60,024 nucleotides of DNA from positions 1 through 60,024 of the forward strand of contig JBLINS010000005.1 of NCBI GenBank assembly GCA_047639455.1, written 5' to 3'. Of the stretch, positions 29,567 through 38,860 are shown piece by piece. The notes under the pieces are model-generated. The model made no database searches. It saw only the letters and a list, made by a program, of their open reading frames with translations, and was not told the origin of the DNA. A program made the translations under genes and the position numbers. This stretch comes from Candidatus Omnitrophota bacterium (GTDB lineage: Bacteria; Omnitrophota; Gorgyraeia; 2-02-FULL-51-18; JAGOUK01). Each line of letters starts with the position of its first letter. Position 1 is the stretch's first letter.

Positions 29567-30842
29567 ACAAGCTAAGTTTCCACAAGGTTTTTTGTGGGGA
29601 GCAGCCACATCTTCACATCAAATCGAAGGTAATAATCGTTTTAATGATTGGTGGGATTGGGAGCATCAGGGTAAGACTGGTGATGTGTCGGGCAACGCTT
29701 GCGACTCTTACAATAGGTACACAGAAGACTTTGACATCATTAAGTCGTTAAATCACAATGCTCATCGTTTTTCTATAGAGTGGAGTCGCATCGAGCCCTC
29801 CGAGGGAGCTTGGAGTGACAAAGCCTTGGATCATTATCGTCAATTGATACGCGCGCTACGTGAGCGCGGTATTGAGCCTATTGTGACTTTGCATCATTTC
29901 ACAAACCCTATGTGGGTTAGTGAAGCTGGCGGATGGGCCAATAAGCAATTTCCGGTATGGTTTGAGCGTTATGTTGATCGTGTAGTTAAGGCTTTGGGAT
30001 CAGAAGTTAAATATTGGATGACGTTTAATGAACAGAATGTCATGGTCTATAAAGGCTGTATTGAAGGACAGTGGCCACCCGGTAAACAAAGTATTCGCTT
30101 GGCATGGGCATCAACACGCCATTTGGTCAAAGCGCATCAAGCGGCCTATTTGCGTATACATGAATATTATCAAAAATTTGGTTGGAAGAAGCCAAAAGTT
30201 GGCTTGGCACATCACTTTTTATGCGCCCAACCCGTTAACGCACGCTCATGGTCGCATCGATTTGTTGCTTGGGTGAGACGTTATTGCAATAATCATCTCT
30301 TTATAGATTGGATTAATGGCGAAGGTTTATTCTATGCCTGGGTTGATAAGAAAAAATATATCGATTTTATAGGCGTTAATTACTATATGCGCGAATTGAT
30401 TCGACCGACCAAAAAAGGTCGGTGGCTAATGCGCGCTGCGGGTGAGGTAGCTACAGATGATGAACGCTATATTAAGGCCGAAAAAAATGATTTGGAGTGG
30501 GAAGTATATCCTGATGGTCTATATGATAATCTCATGGAGGTGTGGAAGCGATATCGCATACCATTAATGGTTACAGAAAATGGTATTTGCACACACGATG
30601 AAGGGCAACGCCAAAATTTTATTCGTCAACATGTCCGACGTGTCCATAATGCATTGGCAGATGGATGCTTAATTTTGGGATATATACATTGGTCATTATT
30701 AGACAATTTTGAATGGTCAATCGGTTATGGTCCTAAATTCGGACTTTGTTCCATAGATCCAAAAACACAAGACCGCACGATTAAGTCTGCAGCACAATAT
30801 TACTCCAAAATATGCCAGCAAAACGCCCTTTTAGACGATTAG
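29556..30842 (+). CDS. glycoside hydrolase family 1 (beta-glucosidase-like)
   Basis: FLWGAATSSHQIEG, RFSIEWSRI, TFNE, GVNYY, VTENG, WSLLDNFEW. Confidence 0.95.
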   Translation: MSDKQAKFPQGFLWGAATSSHQIEGNNRFNDWWDWEHQGKTGDVSGNACDSYNRYTEDFDIIKSLNHNAHRFSIEWSRIEPSEGAWSDKALDHYRQLIRALRERGIEPIVTLHHFTNPMWVSEAGGWANKQFPVWFERYVDRVVKALGSEVKYWMTFNEQNVMVYKGCIEGQWPPGKQSIRLAWASTRHLVKAHQAAYLRIHEYYQKFGWKKPKVGLAHHFLCAQPVNARSWSHRFVAWVRRYCNNHLFIDWINGEGLFYAWVDKKKYIDFIGVNYYMRELIRPTKKGRWLMRAAGEVATDDERYIKAEKNDLEWEVYPDGLYDNLMEVWKRYRIPLMVTENGICTHDEGQRQNFIRQHVRRVHNALADGCLILGYIHWSLLDNFEWSIGYGPKFGLCSIDPKTQDRTIKSAAQYYSKICQQNALLDD

Positions 30843-31456
30843 TCGTCGTATTACTAAAGCAACCCATAGAAGGTCATGTCAAAACGCGTTTAGCAAAAGA
30901 TATAGGCGTTTCGATGGCGACGCATTTGTATTCATTATTTGTTAATCATTGTTTTCAAACCTTGGGAAGGTGCAAAGGCGTAGACACGACGGTTTATTTG
31001 AGTCATCCCGGCAAAGCAGAGGCTATTCAAAAACAATTTAGCTTCCTTGGACCCATCCATTACCAATCGAATGGCGATTTGGGTGTGCGTATGGCAAATG
31101 CTATTTTTGAACAATTCAAACTCAAGTATGATGAGATTTTGCTTGTCGGGACAGATTGCATACAACTTTCACCCTCATTAATCGAAAGCGCTTTTGGAGC
31201 TCTCAAAAGTCATGATATGGTTTTGGGACCGACTCATGACGGCGGGTATTATTTAATTGGTTTAAGACGTAAGCCTAATGCGGATGAGCTATTGAGAAGT
31301 GTTTTTACTGGAGTGGAGTGGAGCACTAGCCGTACTTTAGAGCAAACCGTTAGTGGCGCTAATCGAGCCCACTTATCGCATAAATTATTGACCAAATTGT
31401 CAGATATTGATGAATTGAAAGACATTGGTTTAAAAGAACTTAGCGTATTGCTTTAG
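30812..31456 (+). CDS. DUF2064 / TIGR04282-like nucleotidyltransferase-fold protein
   Basis: K.P..G.VKTRL, GDLG.RM, GTDC, LGP..DGGYYLIG, WST, DID...D. Confidence 0.9.
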   Translation: MPAKRPFRRLVVVLLKQPIEGHVKTRLAKDIGVSMATHLYSLFVNHCFQTLGRCKGVDTTVYLSHPGKAEAIQKQFSFLGPIHYQSNGDLGVRMANAIFEQFKLKYDEILLVGTDCIQLSPSLIESAFGALKSHDMVLGPTHDGGYYLIGLRRKPNADELLRSVFTGVEWSTSRTLEQTVSGANRAHLSHKLLTKLSDIDELKDIGLKELSVLL

Positions 31457-31509
31457 TAAGTCACCGTCATTAGCCCGCTTATACCAATATGTTATAATAA
31501 CTGCCTCAA

Positions 31510-32187
31510 ATGATGAATAAACCACAAAATACAGCTAAATGGATATGTGTAATAGACTTTGATGGTACGATTTCACGGATTGACGTGATTGACGGTCTAT
31601 TGCAGCGTTATGGTGACGAAAGTCTCTGGCAACCTCTAGAGGGTGCTTGGTTAAATGGCGAAATTAGTTCAGACGACTGCATGTCAAGACAGCTAAACAC
31701 TATTTCAGTAAAACCGGCGGAATTAGAACAATATATTAATTCGATTGAATTGGACAGTGGTTTTGATGATTTGGTGAGGTATTTGGATGAAGCTAAGATG
31801 CCATTATTGATATTGAGCGATGGCTTCGACTATTTTATTGAGCGCATTCTAAAGAAGCATGATTTAGGACATGTTCAATACAAATCCAATCATTTATCAT
31901 TCGATGGAAAGCAATTCACGCCTGAATTCCCATATAAACACGCTATATGCAAAAAGTGTGCTAATTGTAAACGTAGAGCCATTCAAATATTGCGTCCTGA
32001 ATATGAAAAAATTATCTTCGTTGGTGATGGTTTGAGTGACTGTTGCGCCATTGACGAAGCAGATATCGTTTATGCCAAGGCGAGATTGGCTCAATTTTGC
32101 TTAGAAAAAAAGCGTGTTTTTACCCCATACTCAAATTTAGATGATGTTTTAAATGATATCAAAAAGTTAGTCAAAACACCTATCTAA
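31510..32187 (+). CDS. MtnX-like HAD-IB phosphatase
   Basis: DFDGT, LSDG, C..C..CK, VGDGLSD; own TGTTATAAT extended -10 at 31490-31498. Confidence 0.88.
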   Translation: MMNKPQNTAKWICVIDFDGTISRIDVIDGLLQRYGDESLWQPLEGAWLNGEISSDDCMSRQLNTISVKPAELEQYINSIELDSGFDDLVRYLDEAKMPLLILSDGFDYFIERILKKHDLGHVQYKSNHLSFDGKQFTPEFPYKHAICKKCANCKRRAIQILRPEYEKIIFVGDGLSDCCAIDEADIVYAKARLAQFCLEKKRVFTPYSNLDDVLNDIKKLVKTPI

Positions 32188-33461
32188 TGAATAACCCTAA
32201 GGCAAAACCCAATAAACGATTATTAGCTTTAAGTGTCGTGCGCACTTTAAGGAGTCATAATTATGAAGCGTATTTTGTTGGCGGATGCGTCCGCGACATG
32301 CTGCTTAAGAAGAGAGCAAAAGACTATGATATCGCGACTAACGCCTACCCGCAAGATATTCAAAAAATATTCAAAAAAACCATAGGTGTTGGTAAAGCTT
32401 TTGGAGTGATGGTGGTATTGATTAAAGGCATTTCTTTTGAGGTTGCTACATTCAGAAAAGATTTTAATTATGACGATGGAAGGCATCCTGACCGAATTGA
32501 ATTTTCGAATGCTAAATCTGATTGTTTGAGAAGAGACTTCACGGTTAATGGATTATTTTATGATCCCGTAAAACGTCAGGTGATTGATTGGGTTTCAGGT
32601 ATAACTGATCTCGAATCACGCATTATACGAACCATAGGGTCGCCAAAGAGAAGGTTTAAGGAGGATAAGCTACGTTTGTTGAGGGCTGTGAGATTCGCAG
32701 CGGTTCTAGACTTCAAAATTGAGCCTCAAACGTTTAAAGTTGTTCAAAGCATGCATAAGCAGGTCATGGACGTGAGTCAAGAGCGCATTAGGGAGGAATT
32801 ATTTAAGCTTTTTACCAGCTCTAATCCAAGTTATGGTTTAGTGCTATTGGATCAATCAAAGGTATTGCGGGCCGTGTTGCCAGAGGTGGAGAGTCTAAAG
32901 AAAATGAAGTACAACTCCGCTGATATCGCGTTTAAAAATTATTTTGAAGAAGTTGAAGCAATGATAGGGAAGCTAAAATCTGTTAATGGAGTATTGGCTT
33001 TCGCATGTTTATTTTATCCATTAGCTTTGGACGTAGTTGAGTCAATCGGACGTCGTTTGCGTTTTTCTAATGATGACAGGAAAGCCATAATGGAGTGTAT
33101 TAAAGCACAAACTCAATTGAAAGATATAGAAAATGCGCCTATGGCCGAAGTGAAGCGGATGATTCGACGACCTGGTTTTGATATTGAATTAGAATTATAT
33201 CGCTTAATATGTGAAGTTAGGAAAAGTGACCTCGCTCAATGGCGTTTGCTTAAAAAAATGAAAAAAACTTTCTCACAACTTGACCTTGATCCCAAGCCTT
33301 TGCTAAACGGTCTTGATTTATCTAAAATGGGAGTGAATCCGGGCCCTCAAATGGGTAAGTTGTTATTGAAGGTAGAAGAAAAGCAATTAAACGGTGAATT
33401 GTTGATTCGCAAAGATGCTATAAAATGGATACAAAGCTTTTTGGAACAAAATAACTTATAA
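32187..33461 (+). CDS. cca: tRNA nucleotidyltransferase (class II, CCA-adding family), HD motif degenerate
   Basis: VGGCVRD, DYDIAT, EVATFR, RRDFTVN, EDKLRLLRA, ERIREE. Confidence 0.88.
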   Translation: MNNPKAKPNKRLLALSVVRTLRSHNYEAYFVGGCVRDMLLKKRAKDYDIATNAYPQDIQKIFKKTIGVGKAFGVMVVLIKGISFEVATFRKDFNYDDGRHPDRIEFSNAKSDCLRRDFTVNGLFYDPVKRQVIDWVSGITDLESRIIRTIGSPKRRFKEDKLRLLRAVRFAAVLDFKIEPQTFKVVQSMHKQVMDVSQERIREELFKLFTSSNPSYGLVLLDQSKVLRAVLPEVESLKKMKYNSADIAFKNYFEEVEAMIGKLKSVNGVLAFACLFYPLALDVVESIGRRLRFSNDDRKAIMECIKAQTQLKDIENAPMAEVKRMIRRPGFDIELELYRLICEVRKSDLAQWRLLKKMKKTFSQLDLDPKPLLNGLDLSKMGVNPGPQMGKLLLKVEEKQLNGELLIRKDAIKWIQSFLEQNNL

Positions 33462-33553
33462 ATTATTGAACAAATTTTTATTTTGAAATAGTATTGATAT
33501 AAATCTATTCTTTTTGCATAGATATTGCCTTTAGTTGTAGATTGATGATAATT

Positions 33554-33592
33554 TTGTCAAATCTTGACAAGTCCCAAAAGTCTTGTTATTAT
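33554..33592 (+). promoter_or_regulatory. sigma70 promoter with palindromic operator over the -35
   Basis: TTGTCAA-atc-TTGACAA inverted repeat; TTGACA-17 nt-TATTAT with extended TG. Confidence 0.7.
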
Positions 33593-33633
33593 TTACAGGA
33601 CTTACACACAATCATTTTTTAATAGGAGTAGAC

Positions 33634-33831
33634 ATGACAGACGCAAAGAGACCTCAACGGACACAAATAATGACACTTAAAGAAATATCCAAGTATTTGG
33701 GTGTTCACGAAATGACCGTTTACAGGCTGCTCAAAACAAAGAAATTGCCCGGATTTAAAATCGGTGGCCAGTGGAGAACAAAAAAAGAAGTTTTGGATAA
33801 ATGGTTGCTTAAGGATTTGGACACAGATTGA
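33634..33831 (+). CDS. excisionase-like HTH_17 DNA-binding protein (paralog 1)
   Basis: MTLKEISKYLGVHEMTVYRL....LPGFKIGGQWR; AGGAG RBS before ATG 33634. Confidence 0.9.
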   Translation: MTDAKRPQRTQIMTLKEISKYLGVHEMTVYRLLKTKKLPGFKIGGQWRTKKEVLDKWLLKDLDTD

Positions 33832-33943
33832 CATTCAATAGTATTTAATTAACAATAATTAACAAATATAATCAATAATTAGTTAGGCATCTTTAAATAG
33901 TAATTAGTTCAAATTAAAATTTAAAAGAACGCTAGTTCAAAAT

Positions 33944-33990
33944 ACCGTAAAACGAGTAAAATTATAGTTACTTGTTTTGCGGTTTTTTTT
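33944..33990 (+). terminator. intrinsic terminator
   Basis: ACCGTAAAACGAGTAA / TTACTTGTTTTGCGGT stem followed by a T-run. Confidence 0.75.
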
Positions 33991-34156
33991 ATTCGCTTTA
34001 GCCCCACACAATCATGCCGAGTGTGCCCAACGGCATCAAACCCCAGACTATTCATTTGCAGTACTTCATAAGCCTTGTGTTTATTGGTGTTTATGGAGTT
34101 AATATACTATGTATAATTATCCAATAGTATCTAATAATAAATATTAGTTACTAATC

Positions 34157-34185
34157 TTGAAAATGGGCCAATCATAATATATACT
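34157..34185 (+). promoter_or_regulatory. sigma70 promoter of HTH paralog 2
   Basis: TTGAAA-17 nt-TATACT, preceded by TTAGT-T-ACTAA palindrome. Confidence 0.55.
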
Positions 34186-34225
34186 CTCTAACATAGGACG
34201 ATGTAGTTAACCAAAGGAAAATGTT

Positions 34226-34420
34226 ATGGATCAAGAATACAAATCACCGATGATGTCTACTCAAGAAATATCTAAGTATTTAGGTGTTCATGAAATGACT
34301 GTATATCGATGGCTTAAAAAAGGTGTATTGCCTGGATTCAAGATTGGTGGTCGTTGGAGGTCTAAGAAAGATGTCCTAGATACCTTTTTGATGAATGGCA
34401 TGAATATTAAAAACTCGTAA
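34226..34420 (+). CDS. excisionase-like HTH_17 DNA-binding protein (paralog 2)
   Basis: EISKYLGVHEMTVYR identical to paralog 1; LPGFKIGGRWR; AAGGA RBS. Confidence 0.9.
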   Translation: MDQEYKSPMMSTQEISKYLGVHEMTVYRWLKKGVLPGFKIGGRWRSKKDVLDTFLMNGMNIKNS

Positions 34421-34431
34421 TAGAGTGCATG

Positions 34432-34458
34432 ACCCGGGTCCGCATTGCGGACCCGGGT
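34432..34458 (+). terminator. GC-rich hairpin, probable terminator
   Basis: ACCCGGGTCCGC-ATT-GCGGACCCGGGT perfect 12-bp stem just after HTH2 stop; weak U-tract. Confidence 0.55.
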
Positions 34459-34559
34459 TTAATATGCAGTAATACACTGAGAGCCGCAATATCACGCGAA
34501 ACAGCATTGAGTGCGAGACTAAAAAAAAGTCAGATTTAGACTTTATGGTACACTGGATC

Positions 34560-35024
34560 ATGGCGATCGCATATCGAATCATAGACTCCTTCAACCTCCT
34601 TCATCACTTGAAAAGATCACAAATCAAAGATATATTTCATGATATAGCGACTATGATAGCCGCCATTGAGACTTATGCCGTAAATAGAGGCGAGGTCTGT
34701 CAATTTGTATTCGACGGAATTCGATTTGAGGATCAATACGAATCTACGCATACAAGCCAAATGCATTTTTCTGAACCTGGTCAGACTGGCGATGAATTGA
34801 TGGAAAGGCTGATGAATTTGATGCCTGAGGAAAGTCGACGCTTCTCAACATTAGTCACGGATGATAGATGCTTAACCGATATGGCTTTAGGTATGGGCGT
34901 GCGCCATGAGCGTTGTGAAATATTTATGCGTTCTATGACCCATAAGTCATACCTGAAAGACGATGACGATAAACCCAATTACGCCAATAAACCTTTTAAT
35001 AACCCATTTAATGATCTGGGCTAG
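34560..35024 (+). CDS. NYN domain (YacP-like) ribonuclease
   Basis: IIDSFNLLH, VFDG, GDE, VTDDR acidic PIN/NYN motifs; start uncertain. Confidence 0.78.
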   Translation: MAIAYRIIDSFNLLHHLKRSQIKDIFHDIATMIAAIETYAVNRGEVCQFVFDGIRFEDQYESTHTSQMHFSEPGQTGDELMERLMNLMPEESRRFSTLVTDDRCLTDMALGMGVRHERCEIFMRSMTHKSYLKDDDDKPNYANKPFNNPFNDLG

Positions 35025-35099
35025 CATCTTATGTTTATGCCTAGCGTTGAATTTCTTAAACAAGACTACGTCCGACAAATGAGATATCATACAGCCATT

Positions 35100-35960
35100 A
35101 TGAGAAAATTAATCTTTTGTACGTTATTTGTGCTTTTATCGATCCAAATGAACGCATTAGCCATGGAGCTAACGGGTTTGCAAGACCCAGAGTCAGTGAT
35201 TATGGACGTAGCCACAGGTGACTATTACATCTCTAATGTTAATGGCTTAGATGTAGACAAGGATGGGAACGGTTATATTACGAAGATACTCAAAGGGGAA
35301 TTGGTCACGGTGATGCGTTTTATCGGTGATCAGGAAACAGATCACTCGCTAGACGCCCCCAAAGGAATGGCTATTGTAGGCGACAAACTTTATATCGCCG
35401 ATATTGATGTTGTTAAATGCTTTTTTATAAACACAGGCAAATTTGATCGTCAAATCAGTATGCCTGATCAAGAAAGTTACATGCTTACCGATGTCGTTTC
35501 TGATGGTCGTGGAAATCTTTATATTAGCGATACATTGAACGATGCGATATATCTGGTTGAGGGTGAAACGGATGCGGCGTCAGTTTTTGTTCAGGGCCCA
35601 ACGCTAGGCGGTCCTTACGGGCTTTATTATGACAAACATGCAAATCATTTGTTTGTCGCAGCATCCAAATCTGGCGAAATTATAAGTATTAATCAAAAGA
35701 TGAAAATTGAAGTTTTGAAGACCGGATTAGCCAAATTGAATGGAATATTTATAGATAGATCTTCGGATTTATTCGTAGCAAGCATGTCACAAGGAGAGAT
35801 TTATCGCATTAGGAGTAGGGGTGAGGGTAAATTAACTTTATTTCAAAGTGGATTGGACTCACCTGCAAATATAGCTTTAGACTCTATTAATGAAACAATA
35901 CTAATTCCGCAACGCCAAGCCGACAAAGTCATCTCAATAGATCTTATTTCCAGTATTTAA
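35100..35960 (+). CDS. exported beta-propeller protein (SMP-30/gluconolactonase-like)
   Basis: Signal peptide; GL..PES, YISNVNG....DGNGYI, L.APKGMAI...LYIADI repeats. Confidence 0.75.
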   Translation: MRKLIFCTLFVLLSIQMNALAMELTGLQDPESVIMDVATGDYYISNVNGLDVDKDGNGYITKILKGELVTVMRFIGDQETDHSLDAPKGMAIVGDKLYIADIDVVKCFFINTGKFDRQISMPDQESYMLTDVVSDGRGNLYISDTLNDAIYLVEGETDAASVFVQGPTLGGPYGLYYDKHANHLFVAASKSGEIISINQKMKIEVLKTGLAKLNGIFIDRSSDLFVASMSQGEIYRIRSRGEGKLTLFQSGLDSPANIALDSINETILIPQRQADKVISIDLISSI

Positions 35961-35980
35961 AAAATTCGAAAAAAATGCAA

Positions 35981-37402
35981 CTAGATGGAATTAGCGGCTA
36001 TTGTTGCTAAATCCATTAAAAGGGTTGGGTATACGCCAATGCTAAGTAAGAGCCCTAGAATGCACACTACAACAGCTTTATAGCGATAATCTAAGTCTAT
36101 TGGTGCCTCAAGTGTAGCCTTATCTACATAGGCATGTTTGACAAGTATTAAATAGTAATAAAGAGAGATTACTGAATTGATCACAGCAAATAATACCAAC
36201 CAACTATAGCCAGCCTGAACCGCCGACGCGAATAAAAACCACTTTCCTGCAAAACCTGCCAATGGTGGTATTCCTGCAAGTGATAATACACTAACTAAAA
36301 GTAAAAATGCTAATAATGGCGATCGTTTAGACAGCCCATTCAAATCACTAGCTTGTGGATTATTAGTGGCCATAGATCGGCCAATGAGAATGATGACGAG
36401 GAATGCCGCCAAATTCATAATGGCATAGCAAATAACGTAGAAAATGACGGATTGATTAGCTTCTTGATTCATGACTAAAGCTGCCACCATTATGTAGCCT
36501 GATTGAGCAATGCTTGAATACGCGAATAAACGCTTTAAGTCTTTTTGTAAAATGGCTGTAGCATTACCTAAAGTCATCGAGAGAACGGCCAGAGTGATGA
36601 GTATGGGCGTTAGTATGGCCGGGCTGCCCAATGTGGCCAGAACTTTGATTAGCATGAATGCTGCCGTTGCTTTTGATGACGTTGCCAAAAATGTGACAAC
36701 GCTTGTTGGCGCCACTTCATAAACATCGGGTGCCCAAAAATGAAATGGGAATAGTGACAACTTGAAGAATATTCCGCAAAGGATAAAGAGACATCCAATC
36801 ATGAACAATGGATTGGGGAAAAGACTGGGCGCGACTAATAGGATGTCAGCAAAGTAAGTTGAACGAGCTATGCCTGCGACTAAACTAATTCCATAAATTA
36901 ATATAGCGCTTGTTGTGGCGCCCAAAATTATATATTTAATACTAGCTTCAGCTGCCCGCGGGTCTTTTCGAAATGGAATCATAACATAAGTCGAATAGGC
37001 AACCAATTCTAAAGCAATATAAAATAATAAAAACTCATTGGCGCTTACCAAAATCATCATACCTAAAGTAGCACAGGCTAAAAATATCAAATACTCTGTT
37101 TTTTGCCCCCTAGGAATCGCTTGAGCTTTGCCCGATAGAAGAATGACGACAAATAATAATACGGATAATAGGAGCTTGAATAATTGCGACGCATGATTTA
37201 TTTCGTAGGACTTCATGAAGACGCTTCCAGAGAGATTGAACGCTAATATGCTAGCAACGACAACGGCTAGTGAGAAAATGATGGCCATATGTGACGTTAT
37301 TTTGTGATGAAAGCGCTTTTCAAATAAGGTACGCATAAATAATGCGCTAATGAATGCAATTAAGCCTAATTCAGGCAAAAGCATAAGGATAGATTTCATC
37401 AT
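35981..37402 (-). CDS. nuoN: NADH-quinone oxidoreductase subunit N
   Basis: EASIKY, FKLSLFPFHFWAPDVY, KRLFAYSSI, SLAGIPP..GF. Confidence 0.93.
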   Translation of the reverse strand: MMKSILMLLPELGLIAFISALFMRTLFEKRFHHKITSHMAIIFSLAVVVASILAFNLSGSVFMKSYEINHASQLFKLLLSVLLFVVILLSGKAQAIPRGQKTEYLIFLACATLGMMILVSANEFLLFYIALELVAYSTYVMIPFRKDPRAAEASIKYIILGATTSAILIYGISLVAGIARSTYFADILLVAPSLFPNPLFMIGCLFILCGIFFKLSLFPFHFWAPDVYEVAPTSVVTFLATSSKATAAFMLIKVLATLGSPAILTPILITLAVLSMTLGNATAILQKDLKRLFAYSSIAQSGYIMVAALVMNQEANQSVIFYVICYAIMNLAAFLVIILIGRSMATNNPQASDLNGLSKRSPLLAFLLLVSVLSLAGIPPLAGFAGKWFLFASAVQAGYSWLVLFAVINSVISLYYYLILVKHAYVDKATLEAPIDLDYRYKAVVVCILGLLLSIGVYPTLLMDLATIAANSI

Positions 37403-38859
37403 GAGTACACCTGTAGAATATGCGAACTCGTCGGAATTATCCAATCTAAAAATATTTTAGGTGCAACACCAAAAACAAGTAAGACCATGATTAGAATGGC
37501 CCTTGGAAATATTTGCCACGACTTAATGTCAGGCATGTCCTTGAAGCGCGAATTGACGGGTCCAAAGAATGCGGATTGAATGGCTGACAGCACATAGAAA
37601 GCAGTTATGAGTAGAGCTAGAGTTGATATGATGCCAATGATTGGAAAAGCTTGAATAGCGCCAACGATTACAAGAAATTCGGCCACAAAGCCGCTGAAGC
37701 CAGGTAAGCCCAATCCCACCAGACCCGCAATAATGAACATCACCGAAATTCTTGGCGCTTGATTGACCAAGCCTCCCAAGTCATCAAGGCTGCGAGTGTG
37801 GCAATGATCATAAATGTAGCCAATGCATGCAAAGAAAAGAGCTGTCATAATACCATGGCTAAACATCTGGAATATGGCACCCTCGAGACCAAATGAATTA
37901 AGTGACGATATGCCCAAAAGAACAATGCCCATATGTGAAACACTTGAATACCCAATAATGAATTTTATATCACGTTGGCGAACTGCAATCATTGCACCGT
38001 ATATGATGCCGCATACGGCCAGAATAGCCGTTGTGGGGGCCCAAAATCTTGCTCCCTCGGGGAATAGCACTAAACCAATCCGTATGATGCCATATGCGCC
38101 TAATTTCATCAACACACCGGCGTGCAACATGCTGGCTGCTGTTGGAGCCGCCACATGACCAACCGGAGACCAGACGTGGAAGGGGAATAAGGCTGACAAA
38201 ACACCAAAGCCGATAAAGAACATGGCATAGTAAATGATTTGTGCGGACCTAGAAAACTCCAAATTATGTAATTGCATTAATTCAAAGGTGCCCGAGCCTG
38301 TATGAGCATATAGCATTAGGAAGCCTGTGAATATTAATGTAGACCCTGCTAATAAATATAGAGTCAACTTCATAGCTGCGTAATTACGGTTCGTTGAACC
38401 CCATATAGCAATTAAGAAATACATGGGCAATACGGCTATTTCATAAAATAGAAAGAAAAAGAAAAGATTGGTCGACATAAAAACACCAAATACACCCGCC
38501 ACCAAAAAGAGCAAATTGGCATAAAATTCTTTAACTCTAACCTTGATGGTCCATGAACAAATCACGCCACAAAAGATGATAATAGCAGTGAGTAGAATCA
38601 TAACGGCTGACATGCCGTCTATGCCAAAAGAAAGCCGAATGCCATATGCTGGCATCCATGCGTAATTTTCAATGAACTGAAAGTCAGGGGTGGTGAAGTC
38701 CATCGAGCGCATCATCTGAATGGACAAAAGCAGGGTTAGCGTTGCAGCAGTTAGAGCTATCCAACGAACAGCATTAATATAGCGCCCTGGAAGGCATAAT
38801 ATGAGCCCAAAAGCGACCAGTGGGCAAAGTAATATGGTCGAAAGTAGAGGTAAACCCAT
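37399..38859 (-). CDS. nuoM: NADH-quinone oxidoreductase subunit M
   Basis: FYE...PM, PFHVW.P..H..APT, MKLGAYG, YSSVSHMG, GLPG.SGF.AEF. Confidence 0.93.
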   Translation of the reverse strand: MGLPLLSTILLCPLVAFGLILCLPGRYINAVRWIALTAATLTLLLSIQMMRSMDFTTPDFQFIENYAWMPAYGIRLSFGIDGMSAVMILLTAIIIFCGVICSWTIKVRVKEFYANLLFLVAGVFGVFMSTNLFFFFLFYEIAVLPMYFLIAIWGSTNRNYAAMKLTLYLLAGSTLIFTGFLMLYAHTGSGTFELMQLHNLEFSRSAQIIYYAMFFIGFGVLSALFPFHVWSPVGHVAAPTAASMLHAGVLMKLGAYGIIRIGLVLFPEGARFWAPTTAILAVCGIIYGAMIAVRQRDIKFIIGYSSVSHMGIVLLGISSLNSFGLEGAIFQMFSHGIMTALFFACIGYIYDHCHTRSLDDLGGLVNQAPRISVMFIIAGLVGLGLPGFSGFVAEFLVIVGAIQAFPIIGIISTLALLITAFYVLSAIQSAFFGPVNSRFKDMPDIKSWQIFPRAILIMVLLVFGVAPKIFLDWIIPTSSHILQVYS

Positions 38860-38860
38860 A

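Noticed and set aside
33583-35024. Prophage or ICE remnant suggested by excisionase-like genes
   Set aside because: No integrase, tRNA/att site or phage genes nearby
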